NCBI GenBank assembly: GCA_964016885.1
Contig: OZ024759.1
Span: forward strand, 4,278,001 to 4,342,000
Direction of reading: 5' to 3'
DNA from: Eledone cirrhosa
Lineage: Eukaryota
DNA length: 64,000 nucleotides
This document shows positions 1-14,365 of this stretch, one piece after another; the stretch's first letter is position 1, and each line of letters opens with the position of its first letter. The notes beneath the pieces are model-generated. The model made no database searches. It was not told the DNA's origin and was given only the letters and a program-made list of their open reading frames with translations. Position numbers and translations under genes: made by a program.

Positions 1-3000
1 TCCTCTGTTAGTGGTATCAATTGCAAATTTTATACCATCAGGATCGCACACTCGAGATGCAGCAACATAGAGTTGCCCATGGCTGGATCATTCAAGCAGA
101 TACCGACTCGCTTGAAAGTCTGTCCCTGTGCCTTGTTGACAGTCATGGAGAAGGCCAAATTGACGGGAAACTGTCTCCTTTGCCAAATAAATGGCAGCAG
201 ATCTTCACTTGGTCTCAGCATGATCCTCGGAATGAGAACCGATGCCTCTCTGCCTGGGAGTTTAGCTTCTAAAACTCTTCCGTTAATCAATCTCTCAACA
301 ATCAATCTGGTACCATTGCAAAGACCCATTTTATGATTGATATTTCTAAGCAATATAATCGGCAAACCCTTTTTCAACCTCAAAATATGTGGGGGAAATC
401 CGGGTATTTGAAGTGAATTCAGATACTCAGTCGGAACATCCATACTGTTCTGCTGATTAGGCTCCATTGCAGGAAACATTCCGGCTACTTGTGAATTTAT
501 TTCATCGACCGTTGCATTCGTATGAGTTAGAATAACACGTTCCGATATTCAGGAGATATTCTGCCAAAAAGCATTCAAATTAGGGAACACCCAGTCAATC
601 AATCAAGCCTTGGCGGTCCAGTGGCATGACCAAATGGTCTGGGATTTATACAGTCTGATTATCACCAGCGTGTGGCAATTCATCGTTTCCCAACTGCATC
701 AACCATCGGCCGTATGTCTCAGCCTCTTCGTTTTGCCCGAACATAGGAAGTCGCATATTATCGTGTAATCGCAAAACTCTGAAATGGCGCCACAACGGGG
801 ACTTTTTCAGACATGCATTGACAATTTGTGCTCTTTGAGCATTCCTAACAATTGGTAGCACCTGTCTGAAATCGCCACCAACAACGATAGTCTTACCACT
901 GAATGGCAGGTCACTACCGCAGATATCTCTCAAAGTTCTGTCCAATGCCTCCAGCAAATATCTGTGTGCCATTGGAGCCTTGTCCCAAATAATCAGAGAC
1001 GTATTGCGTATAAGGCCCGCGAGTTCACTTTGTCCTGTAATATTACAGAAACTCAACTCATCTGGAGCCAATGGAGCCTTGAAGCATGAGTGGAAGGTCC
1101 TTCCACCACTCAGCAAAGTGGCAGCGATGCCCCTGGTGGGCACAGGGAGAGCAATCTTCCTCTGAGCTCTGACTGCCGATAACATAGTGTTGAAACAGAA
1201 TGTCTTTCCGGTGCCTCCTGGAACATCTATGAAAGCACAAAGTTGCTCATTAGTGGAAATCGAGTGGAGAGCGCCATCAACCAATTCTCTGTGAGATTAG
1301 GTCAACATTGGCATACGTTCATCCACAATACGTTGCTTTTCCAGTGGATCAAACTGGAATAGTTCCCTCCGATCGAGTGGCAACCGTCTAAGCTGCAATC
1401 TCATGTTCAATGCTAAGACACGTTGCCGCATTTCTTCATCAGGAATTGGTAAATTGAAATCTGTTAAACATTTCAAATGAACTTCGAGCAGTTGCTCAAT
1501 ATTGAGCAAAACAATAGCTTTCAGCAAATTTTCATCATAGACCTGAAGATGGTGCCTAAAATCATCAGCCATAATTCCCCAATGGCGTTCGAATAACTCT
1601 CTTGGATCGGCAGGATTGCAGAATCCTAGAATCGTGACAAACAACTGCCTTATTCGAGCTGGCATCTGTGTTGTTCCTGCAGCTTCCATGGCGTTATACC
1701 ATTCAGCGTCATCCTGAAGGAGTCCCAGATGCTGACACACAGCCTGGTATCTTTTATATTCCACGCCATTGATTGTTTTCAAATCAGCGAAGCTCTGTTT
1801 ACCTCTCGAAAAATCACTATGCAACAGAACTCGGAGATAAAACACATCACCAGATGCTGGATGGACATTACAAACCCGTCCAATAGTCATGAATCTCAAC
1901 TTTTGTTTTCTATCATTCCATTTCTTTCCCTTCTTATCCCACGTATAGTGCGAAGGGAAATCGCAGTAGAGTTGCTTTTGATCCGGGTTCAAAGCATGTT
2001 CCCTATTATGCTTGAACCACTCAGTCAATTCCGTCTTAGGAGGTGGTGCGTTAGCAATTCTTTCGATACCTCTTCTAGTGTCCTTAAAACAGACCATTTG
2101 CCTATTCTCTAAGTGAACCGTCAGTTTCTGAACGCTGTGTTTGCGTTCATTGAGATCAAAATCGAACAATCTCCAGCAAGCTTCGCTAGATCCAATCGAG
2201 CGAACATCCTGGAACCTGCCAACTTCATCTCCTTGGTTCACTTCCTCATTCCTGACATTCATCATTGCCCCATCATGACCTTTGTAAACATATTTGAATA
2301 GATATTTGCAAGCTTTCACTGAGCTACAAATTTCCACATTAATATGACAACGATATTTCATAATCAAATATGGATTGTATGGCACAACCCATTGATTTGT
2401 AACCTGTCGACCGTTTACATTTTCGACCAAACCGCCATCGGCAGGCGACCGTCTTCTGTATGAGGGATGAGCATCCCCATCATTCCAGGAAGTGTTCGTG
2501 ACAAAAGATTTCAGAAAGTGCTTACTGCATTGGCCATTTTTCATGCAAGGCGCTTTCCGATTTGCCACTCCGCATTGGTTGTGCACCATTGACTTTGCCA
2601 CCAAGTTGCATAGTACCTCATTCTCCGGCAGTTCAGCACACACAATGCTGTCGACATCCTCAGCACATCACAATTTGCAATGTCTATGTAAAATGATCAG
2701 CAAATGTGCATGTGGCAATCCTCTTTTTTGGAATTCAATTACGTATGTAAAAGCAACTATACTTCCAAAGATTCCCTCTTTTTCCACATCATCCATTATC
2801 TTTTTCAGATATCCTTTGAATACTCTTGCCACAATATCAGGACGGTCCTTTGGCTGTTGTCCTGGCAAAAGTGCATCCTTAATATCAGTCCATTCAGGAT
2901 TGCATGTAACCGTTATAAACAAATCTGGCTTTCCAAACTTTCTGACAATAGCCATTGCATCCTGATAGCGAATGTTCATATATCTCGGGCCGCCGATGAA

Positions 3001-4345
3001 CGACGATGGCAAAATGATGCGTCGACCAATTTGCTTGTAATTGGCATCATCGGCTGTTATCGCATCCTGTATATTATTATACAATTCAGCTCTGATATGT
3101 TGCTGATGTGTAGCTATATAATTTAGCCTTTGATTTTCGATCTTTGCGTATGCCATACAACAGTATTCCTGGAACAATCTGCTGGCTTGAAATAGCGCAT
3201 TTCTCTGTTGATTCCTCTCGTTCAAATGGAACGCGTAAAAGTCGCGAATCGAATTATTGTGTCTATTGCCACCTCCCTGTTGATGCTGATTCTCATGATC
3301 ATCTAAATGAACAGACATGTTCCATCCATTTTCACCTTTTGGGAATAAAAGAACATAATGCAATGGATGGTATGTCCTATTTGACTCATTGATAGTTTTG
3401 AGACCACCATCTCTGCGATTGAGGGCGATATCTCTCGATCCAGGCTTATCGTCCATCAACACAGCAACTTCACGAAATCCTTCAGGGGCATTATATCGCC
3501 GTTCGTGTTGATTCCTTGGCACTGCGTTAGCCTTAATCATCAATGTTTGTTGCTGAACATTCTGCAGTTCAGCCACCAACATGAAATCCATAACATAAGG
3601 ATTACACTGTCTAAGCCATGATTGCAAATCATGGATCAAATCACTTAACCTTTGCCGTTCAAGTTCAGTTATATTTCCCGGCAACTTCATCCAACCGATC
3701 CTGATATCCTCCTCCGATTCACTATAATCTGGATCGTTAACGTAAATTTGAGCGAATCAAGGCCTCTCTCCTGGGGTAACTTCTAAATTACCGATACAAT
3801 GATACAAACGGCATTGAATGACGACATTCGGTTGCCATGCTCCACTCTCAAACATCTAACTCTCTGCGATGCTAAAGCTAATAAATTGTTAATTTGCCGC
3901 GAATATTTGCGCAGTAATCTACCTCGGTCTCATTGATCACCCCACATACTTAGTATTTTAAACTTCGGTGACTCCCCATCATCCGGCATTCGCAAAGGTT
4001 CTAGTTGAACTGCTCCTTTGTGACAGCACATTGTGGTCCACGTCTTTTCGTGCCACCAAAGCAATGCTCCACAATGTGGAGACCCTGCTCGTCCACCAAT
4101 CTGACAGTGACACGGTTGCCATGATCCATTTTTGATATCATTCGTTCGCCTTCTAGCCTCTTTACTGGAATGAGGAGCACTTTGCGACACATTCCCTGAA
4201 CTTCTGTATTGCGCTGGTGCTGTTCAGCCAGCTCCTCTTCATCCATCGGAGCACGCCATTGCTGCTGAATTCTGGCCACCTGCTGATGATGCTCAGCCAG
4301 TTCGTTTTTCAACCATCGCAGCACTCCGTCGCCGCTGTAGTTCAC
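1..4345 (-). mobile_element. Degenerate Helitron (Rep/PIF1 helicase), runs off window start
   Basis: Fragmented minus-strand ORFs 2668-3690 (KFGKPDLFITVTCNPEW, EFQKRGLPHAH Rep motif), 1297-2643 (YLFKYVYKGHD), 646-1284 (PGGTGKT, GDFRQVLP) and 30-479 (RQFPVNLAFSMTVNKAQGQTF) reconstruct a Helitron RepHel protein broken by stops and frameshifts. Confidence 0.93.
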
Positions 4346-5631
4346 TGTTTGATAAAGTCGAATTGCTTTTCTTATCAGTATTCATTTGGAGCAATTGTAA
4401 AAAAAAATGACACAATAATAAATATAAAAGATGTCCGTCAATGTAAAGAAAGGTCCCTATTTACTCCCTTCACAACTCTGTGTATGACAGACAGGCACAC
4501 AGACAGATAAACTGCGCGGCGATTGTGGAACGTCACACACATACACGCATGGAAACGCGCACACGCCCGCAAACTTACACACGCACACACTCACACATGT
4601 TGATAGTTTTTACTTTCTGTGGAACACTGCACGCACGCACACACACATAAACATACGCGCACATACATACACACGCATACATGTTAATAGTTATTGAACA
4701 CAGTGTTCACACTCTCCCCTCTCACTCCCTCATTGGCATTATGCATATTAATTTCAGTTTGGCGTCGTTGGGGTGGGCGGAGTCGTTTGAAACCTATGAA
4801 CCAATGATAATCGAGAATTGTGACACACGGAATACTGACGTTCTTCAAATTAATATATAGATATATATATATCATCATCATCATCATCATTTTACGTCCA
4901 CTTTTCTCTGCTTGCAAGCCATGTGCCTCTTCCTATATATACATATATACTATATACATATACACACATATACATATATATATATGTATGTATATATATA
5001 TATGTATATATATATATACGTACTTAATACATGCATACATTTATTTTTTTAAAATTAATTGAGTTCTTAACACGCAGGATTAAAATTGTTTTTAAAAAAA
5101 CTAATTAACCCACGTGTATATTATTTTACTTTCTTATGTTTCGCGATTGCCTCCCTTTTCCGCTTCGTGACGCTGTGAAATTCCTCAGTCTAGGACTGCT
5201 GGAATTTCAAATTTGGCGGTCATTATGATGCGTGAAGGGACGACTTAGCTGACACAAAAATAATTGCGGTAAGAAATTTTTTCTTATATCAATGTTTGAA
5301 GGGCATCCACTGATGATTTATAAGTGCCCACCTGCATATGTTCTTACAGAAAAATATGTAGGCTTCTACATAAACAAGAAACATTCTCCCAACTTGTAGA
5401 AAACTTATAATGAAACAATTGTTTGGAAAGAGAGATATATTTTAATTTTAATTATATCTCATATAAAATAATACAACTGGCTTTCCACAAAATACATATA
5501 GTTAGCACCCCAAACACAAAATTGGGATTATACTAAGGTATATCCTAATGTTTGTTGAGTGAGATGGTAGCCAGTCAGAGTTTAGCTTAAAGCTTTCTCT
5601 GTTACTGTATTAAATATATGTATCTATATAT

Positions 5632-8600
5632 ATCACCTTGACCGACCAGTCTGTCGGGCGTCCATTCGGCGCCGCTGGTCACAGCACGCCGTCCATTCCT
5701 CTCTGGATTGTGCTTTCCTCATCCATGTAGTCCCAATCATATTCCTAAAATGATCTGCCACCTTCATGGAGGCCTTCCGAGTGGTCGCTTCCACTCGCAC
5801 GGGTACCACTCCGCAACTGCGCAGGTCCAGCGATTATCGGTGAACCGGGCGACGTGTCCAGCCCATCTGAACTTGCTGCGTATATATTGCGCGATGACGT
5901 CCCTCACGTCGGACTTCTGTCTGATGACTTCGCTCCTGATGTGCTCTCTCAACGAGATTCCTAGCATTGATCTCTCCATGGCTCTTTGAGCCGTTACCAG
6001 CCTCTGCTCTTCTCTCTTCGTTGTAGCCCAAGTTTCACTGCCATATAACTTTGTAGGTAAAACTGTGCTATTGAAGAAGTTGGCTTGGGCGATCTTGTCT
6101 AACCTCCCCTTGAGCACATCCCTTATGCCGCTGAACACCTTCCATCCGGCCTTTACTCTCTGCGAGATCAGCCTCTCAATGTCTCAGCGCATGTTCACTT
6201 CTTGTCCTAGGTAGACGTATTCCTCCACCTCCTCTATTTCATCACCGCCAACCACCATTCGACCTGTTGGTATGTTGTCGGACCGCATGAAGTTCATTTT
6301 CATGCTGTTCATCTTGAGGCCTACTGCAGAGCTTTTGATGTCGAGCTCCGTCAGCATGGTCTGAAGCCGATCCGTGGTTTCAGCGATGAGTACGATGTCA
6401 TCAGCGAAACGGAGGTGGGTAAGTATCTCCCCATTGATGGTGACACCGCCTTGCCAGTCAATGCCTCTGATGATCTGCTCGAGACACGCGGTGAAAACTT
6501 TTGGAGAGATCGTATCTCCTTGCTTCACTCCCTTCTCGACCGGCACTCGTACGGGTGATGACAGCAGAGCTGTGTCGGTGGTGCATCCGGAATTCGCCTC
6601 CTTGAGCAGTTGAACATATTGCGCCTCGACTCCTTGCCTCTGCAGCGAGTTCAGCACTGCGTTGATTTCGACGCTGTCGAAGGCCTTCTTGTAGTCTACG
6701 AACGCGACGCAAAGAGGCATCTTGTACTCTTTTGCTTGCTCAAGCAGTTGTGTCAGAGTAAATATGTGGTCCATCGTGCTGTAGTTCTTCTGGAAGCCGG
6801 CTTGCTCTTTCGGTTGCGGTTCGTCCAGATGATGTGATAACCTGTTCAGGATTATCTTCGTGAACAGCTTGTACACGTGAGACAGCAGGAATATGGGTCA
6901 GTAGTTCTTCAGATCTTCTCTATCGCCCTTCTTTTATAGCAGGATGGTATTCGACTCTTTCCACTGCGAGGGTATTCTTCCCTCGTCCAGATCGTGTGTG
7001 AATCGCTCGGCGAGGATTTCCAGAGCTGCTCTCCGCCTGACTTCAACACCTCCGATGTTATTCCGTCTTTCCCTGGCGCCTTTCCGCTTTTCATTACACC
7101 AACGGCTCTTTCGACCTCACCGACAAGGATGGGTGGCACATTTTCTTCCTGTTGGAGTGACGGCAACGGCTGCACATTCCCGGCAGACTTGAAGAGCTTG
7201 GTGTAGAAGTCTTCGTAAATCTTTTCCATCTCATTCTTGTCGCTGACCGGTACTCCAGCTGTGTTCTTCAGGGTCGTCACCTTCGATCTGTACATTGCCA
7301 TGTCCGTCTCGCATTTCTTGAGGCTCTTCTTTTCCTCTGCGGCCTTCAGGAGCTTCCCCATCCGGTATGCCTCGAAGTCTCTCTTCAGTTGACGTATCAC
7401 TCTGCTGAGAAGGGAATATTCGAGGTGATTTTCAGGTGTCCTCTTCATAATCTTCCTCTTCTCAAGCAACTTCATAGTTTCCTCCCAGACTCTTCCCTTC
7501 CGCTCCTTCGGGAACACACCCTTAGCCTTCCTCAAGCACTCCTTCAGTTTCCTTACCAGTGAGTCGTAGTCAGCGTCTATGCCGTCTCCTTTACACCACT
7601 TTTCCTGCATGATGGCTTCCTGCTGCTGCGCCTCGTTGAAGACCCAGACGCATTCTCCCCTTGCCGCCAAATGCAGCGCCTTCTTCTCCCTCGTCCGATC
7701 GATGACGACCTTCGCCCTCACCAGACGATGATCACTGCCAGTGTTAAATGGCGTTATGACGGAGACGTCCTGCAGTATACGTGGCTTGTCGACCAGGATG
7801 TAGTCGATCTCGTTTCCGTGCTCAGAATTTAGCGATACCCAGGTCCATCTTTTCTCCTCCTTCTTCCTGAATAGGCTGTTTCCGATGTAGAGCCGTCTCA
7901 TCTCCGCCATGGTGACCAGACACTCTCCTCTCTCATTTCGATATCCCAGGCCGAATTTTCCTACATACTCTTCCCCTTGCCGTCCCTGTCCGACCTTTGC
8001 GTTGAAGTCTCACATCACGACGGTGTAAGTGGACTTCACAGTTAGCACTTTGTCTAGCTGGCGATAGAATTCTTCCACTTCCTCGTCGTCGCTGGCATTT
8101 GTGGGAGCGTAGGTCTGGATGATCTTGAGGGTGGCCTTCCCTGAGAGGTTTACGTTCAGTACACCAATCCGTGACGATATGAACTGGCAAGAAGCGACCT
8201 TCGAAGCCCATTCCTTGCTTACGATAAACCCTATACCAATCTGGCATCCTCTGCTTTCCCGAGTCTCACGGCGCATCCATCTTGCCATCGGGAATTCTCC
8301 TCCTTCTTCTGGCGGGTCTCGCACAGCCCTAACACGTCCCACCTGATCTTCTTCTTCTCCTCCATTAGGTGGTTCAGTCCTTGCCCCCCCCCCCCTGCCA
8401 AAGACCTGGAGTTGTATGTGCATATGGCAAGGTTAGTCCTGTTCCATGGCGGCCTTCGGGAACCTGTGATTTTTAGCAGCCTCTCGTCGCTCGTGTCGCA
8501 CTCCGCCGTCATGGAGCAGCCCGATTGACTCGCAGGGTACTGAGGCCCTTTTCTTTGTGCTGTTTTAACCATAAGATGACGCCATCCCATTGGCTGGGCG

Positions 8601-8680
8601 GGCAGGCCGGTACCTCTTCAGTTTAGCTAGCTTTTGAACTCTAGAAGATGATGAATCATCTCTAGGACCCAATTCGGGTC
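5632..8680 (-). mobile_element. Degenerate near-full-length RTE-clade LINE (APE endonuclease + RT)
   Basis: ORF pieces 8010-8590 (TYNSRSL, DVLGLCETR, YAPT), 6909-7910 (EIDYILV, SDHRLV), 6184-6876 (QAGF, DYKKAFDSV, GVKQGDTISP, LRFADD), 5764-6138 (YGSETW, KFRWAGHVAR); multiple frameshifts. Confidence 0.92.
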
Positions 8681-8694
8681 AAACAAATAAAAAA

Positions 8695-8725
<31 letters not shown>

Positions 8726-8727
8726 CA

Positions 8728-8865
8728 TATACTTGGGGAGGTTCATATTGTTGTAATAATGTTGCCAGAAATAATAACAGAACACACTCACTGTTTGGTT
8801 GGTTTTCGCTTCTGTATCTTTTATATCTCCATAGTTAATTTATTTGGCAATCAAAGAACTTTGTT

Positions 8866-8924
<59 letters not shown>

Positions 8925-9069
8925 CTGTATATTTAACCATTGGTCAATCAATGCCAAATAAATTAACTATGGAGATATAAAAGATACAGAAGCGAAAACC
9001 AACCAAACAGTGAGTGTGTTCTGTTATTATTTCTGGCAACATTACAACAATATGACCCACTCCAAGTAT

Positions 9070-9070
<1 letters not shown>
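8728..9070. repeat. Long inverted repeat (~120-bp arms) around a (TA)n spacer
   Basis: 8728-8849 is a near-perfect reverse complement of 8952-9070. Confidence 0.9.
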
Positions 9071-9792
<722 letters not shown>

Positions 9793-12700
9793 TCATCATC
9801 ATCATCATCGTTTAACGTCCGTGTTCCATGCTTGCATGGGTTTGGACGAGAGTTTTCCCACTTGAGGCAAGAGTGGTTGTCTTGCTCGCATAGGACTGTC
9901 CTGGCGGGTTTTCTACAGCTGGATGCCCTTCCTAACACCAACCACATTTACAGTGTGGACTGGGAGGTTCTTACCGTGTTGCCTACACGGTCACATTACA
10001 GCGTGGACTGTGTGTTTTTTTTTGTCGTGACACCTACACGACCTCATTTGTTTCGGCCTGGATTTTGTGGCACCAACATAACTTTACATTGAAAGGGGTG
10101 GTGTGGATGGGGTGGTGGTGGTGGGACGGGGGTGTATTTTGTTAGAGATGCCTACTGACTGTAGTAGGTTTTACTTTGTATTTAGGTAACGCGGGTCTTC
10201 TCTATTACTGAGTACCGCCAAAGCTCTCGGTCCAGTGACATTGTCTTGGAGAGGTGTAAGTGTGTGAGGTCGGAATTTATCAGCTCGTCCCAGGTTTTTC
10301 TGGGTCTGCCTACTCCGTGGCTACCGTCTATTTTTATTGCCCTGCACTTTGCTATACAGCTGTCGTCTTTCATGCGCATCACGTGACCATACCAACGTAG
10401 CCTTCTCTCGAGTAAACAACATCTGATCCCTCTTATTTCTAATTTTTTCCTTAGTTGGTTTATGCTTTGCCGTTCGCGTATATTACTATTACACATCCAG
10501 CGGAGCATGCAAGCTTCGTTCCTCTCTAGTCTGCGTATATCCTCTGCACACAATGCCCAGGTCTCACTGCCATGCGACATTGCTGTTCGTATGCAGGCAT
10601 CATACAACCTGCCTTTCATTTTTTGGGAGAACCCTTTAGCGGCTAATAGTGGTATAAGCTCTCTGAACTTTTTCCATCCAGTTCGGACTCTAGCTACTGT
10701 ACTTTCAGAGCACGATCCCCCACTGCTGATTTTGTCACCCAGGTAACGGAAGCTGTCCACTATTTCTATAGAACCTTCTGCGCAGTTGAAAGAGCTAGTA
10801 TTTTGTGGGCACTTGCTGCTACTTATTGCACCAGAGCACCGGCCACATGTAAAATCTGTGTTCTTCGTTAGCTTACCTGTGATCCCACTACATCTTTTAT
10901 GCACCCATACTTTGCATTTGGGACATAAAATGGAGTTTCTACCTACGCCTTTCCTACACACTGAGCATGGCCATTTCCCGGAAGGGACCGGCGCCTTATT
11001 TTCTTTCCTACAAACTAGAACTTTGGTCTTAGCCAGGTTAATTTTAAGTCCTTTTGACTCTAGGCCGTGCTTCCATGTTTGGAATTTCTTCTCTAGCTCG
11101 GCCATCGATTCAGCTATGAGCGTTAGGTCATCTGCGTATAGGAGTTCCCATGGGCAGCCTGTCTTGAACTCCTCTGTTATAGCCTGAAGAGCAATAATGA
11201 ATAGTAGGGGGCTAAGAACAGAGCCCTGATGGACACCAACTTTTACGCTAAACTCTTCACTATATTCGTTGTTAATTCTAACCTTGCTCACTGTTTCTTT
11301 ATACATGGCTTGTATAGCTCTCACAAGCCATTCGTCAACACCTAGTTTTCTAAGAGCCCACCATATAATAGAATGGGGGACTCTGTCGAAGGCTTTCTCC
11401 AAGTCGACAAAGGCTAAGTATAGGGGTTTACTTTTAGTTAGGTACTTCTCCTGTAGTTGTCGTACAATGAAAAGAGCGTCTGTGGTACTTTTGCCTGACA
11501 TAAACCCGAACTGCATTTCATCTAGATCGATTCTCTCTCTCATTAGTTGCACTATTACTTTTTCCGTGACCTTCATGACCTGGTCGATTAATTTAATCCC
11601 TCTATAGTTACTCCTATCTAGGGCGTCTCCTTTACCCTTGTAACAGTTAATGATGATGCTGCTACGCCAGTCCTTCGGAACAACCCCATTCTGTATGACT
11701 TGGTTTACTATCCGGGTGACCATGGTGTGTCCCACCGTTCTAGAGGCCTTCAGCATCTCAGCAACTATTTCCGAAGGCCCAGCCGCCTTACCCGTCTTCA
11801 TATCTTTGCTTGCCTTACTTATTATACTACCTTCAACTAACACTGCTGGTCCCTCTATTGGATCGGTCTGGGGGAGACTATCCTTCTCCCATTTATTCTC
11901 CTCATTTAGTAGCCTCTCGTAGTGACACTTCCAAGCGACCTTCTTATCAGCGTCAGTGATGGCGAGTACGCCATCATCATTTAGTACACACTTCTCCCCA
12001 ACAATAAAACGGTTTTCCTTGACACATTGCCTAGCAATCCTGAACACCTCACGTTTTTGGTCCTCGCGTTGTAGAACATGCTTGAACTTTCTTTCCTCTG
12101 CTTCCCTTCTTGCGAAGTACACTTGTCTCCTAGCTTCCCTCCTGGCCACTTGATAGTCTTCTCTACTTCCCCCATCCCGCCATATTTTCCAAACCTGCTT
12201 TTTGGCCTTAATTGACTCCTTCACCTTACTGTTCCACCACCATGTTACTCTCCTCCTGCCTATAGGCCTGCTCCGGCCACAGACTTCATCTGCCGCCAGC
12301 AGCAGGTTTGCTTTCAGGAATTCCCACTGTTCCTCTATATTGTCCGACTCTAAATGTTCTTCCTTACTGTCGAAAGCATCAAGTAATATGCTTTGAAATT
12401 TATTTCTGGCTGTGGGGTCCTTTAGCTTCCATATTTTTCTCTTGAGGATAGTCCTCTTCTGCTGTCGAGTACGTCTCGTCCTGACTATGAGGTCGCTAAT
12501 TATCAGTCTACGTTGGGAGGTGCATTCTTCATGGGGGAGGGATTTAGTGTTTACAACAGTCACTCTGTCACGTCTTCTGGTAAGGATATAATCTACCTGG
12601 CTTGTGTGTTCCCCGGATCTATAGCTGATCAGGTGATTGTCTCGTTTTTTTAAGTTAGTGTTACAGATAGTTAGGTTATTTGCGTCACAGAATTCCAGGA

Positions 12701-13218
12701 TTCTGGAACCTTCCTCATTTCTAGTACCAAACCCATAGCCTCCATGGATTTCATCATAGCCGTCACAATGTTGTCAAACGTGACCATTTAGGTCGCCAGC
12801 AATAATTATATAGTCACTGTCGGTTATTTGGGAGGTAGTGAGCATCAGTGTCTCATAGAAAGTGTCCTTTATAGCGCCAGGCAGTCCGGATTGGGGCGCG
12901 TACGCAGATATTATCGTCACAGTAGTTCTATTTAGAACAAGTCTTATTTTAATTATTCTGTCATTCACTCTATTTACGTCTATTATCTTATCCACCCATT
13001 TTTCTGCTAACATGATTCCTACCCCACCCAGCCCATTGTCATTTCCCACCCAGAAAAGCTTATAGCATCGTTTTTTACCCACAATGAATCTAGCAGACCC
13101 GCCCCTCCACCTGGTCTCTTGGATGCGGCAGACATCAACCTCCTTACGTTCAAGCATTTCTACAACCTCGTTTGAGAGGCCTTTTAAGGTCCCTACATTC
13201 ATGGTACCTACATTCATG
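9793..13218 (-). mobile_element. Young RTE LINE, nearly intact EN-RT-PHD ORF (10182-13217) with one in-frame stop
   Basis: ORFs 12774-13217 and 10182-12563 are in the same frame, separated by a single TGA at 12774-12776; EN motifs QETRW, YAPQ, GDLNGHV; RT motifs DLEKAFD, GVHQGSVLSP, YADD; 3' UTR ends in (GAT)n. Confidence 0.95.
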
Positions 13219-13223
13219 GTATG

Positions 13224-13308
<85 letters not shown>

Positions 13309-13500
13309 GAGGGTGTTAAAGTTTGCTTGAAGCATTGTGAAATGTGTAAAATACGTATTTAAGAAAGCCACAACAATGCAGAGGGAAATCTCGAGGTAGG
13401 AAGTGAAAGATAAATAGGAAAAACAGGTGAAAGTGAAAATTGAGAGAGACAAAGATGAAAACAAAACAAAGGTAGAAGGGTTACCATAGTAGAGATTTAA

Positions 13501-13537
13501 TCCCAATATTTCGGACTCACGCCCATCAACGGGGGAA
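13501..13537 (-). ncRNA. Degenerate minimal hammerhead ribozyme motif in the inverted Penelope pLTR
   Basis: Minus strand TCCC-CCGTTGAT-GGGC-GTGA-GTCC-GAAA-TATT-GGGA: stems I and II pair, but the core differs from CTGATGA at 2 positions. Confidence 0.45.
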
Positions 13538-14365
13538 AGTTCCAAAAGGGGGGGGGGGAAACAGGCCAAGCGGAGAAAGTTGTGATGTCGTTAAGACAGG
13601 AATGCCGTTATGGGGAGAAAATTATTTAAAATTTAAACGAGGGAAAGAATGCGCGTGCGCGTGATAGGCTGTGGCAAAAGCTACTGACCAAATGGGTTAA
13701 ATCAAGAGGGTGCGCTAGCGTGTGAAAGCCGTAAGATATGTGTGTGTAAATATATATGTGTGTGTAACTGTGTGTGTATAAGTGTAAGTGTGTATATGTG
13801 TGAGTGTGTGTGTGTGTGTGAAAGATAGTGGGCTGTAGAAGTTGGAAATCAAAGGGTGTGAAAGGTGGTAGGTTGTAAAATATGTGTGCGTGTATAAATA
13901 TAGATGTGTGTGTGTAAGCGTATGGGTATACATGTGTGTGTAACTGTGTGTGTATATGTGTGAGTGCGTTTGTGTGTGAAAGATAGTGGGCTGTAGAAGC
14001 TGGAAATCAAAGGGTGTGAAAGGTGGTAGGTTGTAAAAACATGTGTGCGTGTATAAATATAGATGTGTGTGTGTGTGCGTATGGGTATGCATATACGTGC
14101 GTGTGTGTGAAGATAGCAGGCCGTAGGCTGTGAATGGTCACTATGGTTAAGTTAGCCATGTCAGCTCATTTCTCTCAGCCCGGTTGAATTCTGTGTCATC
14201 TCGAGAGAGACCTACAACAACTTAGCTCTCCAACATCTTAATGACCACAGCCTCTACTCGAAAGTCACAGGGACCTCCTCGACTCTAATCGAGGAAGGCA
14301 TTAACACCATATGGACTAACATCTGTGTCCAACGAAAACTGCCAAAGAAGGTAAAAAACAACTTA

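Noticed and set aside
10462-12396. Plus-strand ORFs overlapping the RTE (and equivalents over the other LINEs and the Helitron)
   Set aside because: Antisense shadows of TE coding frames
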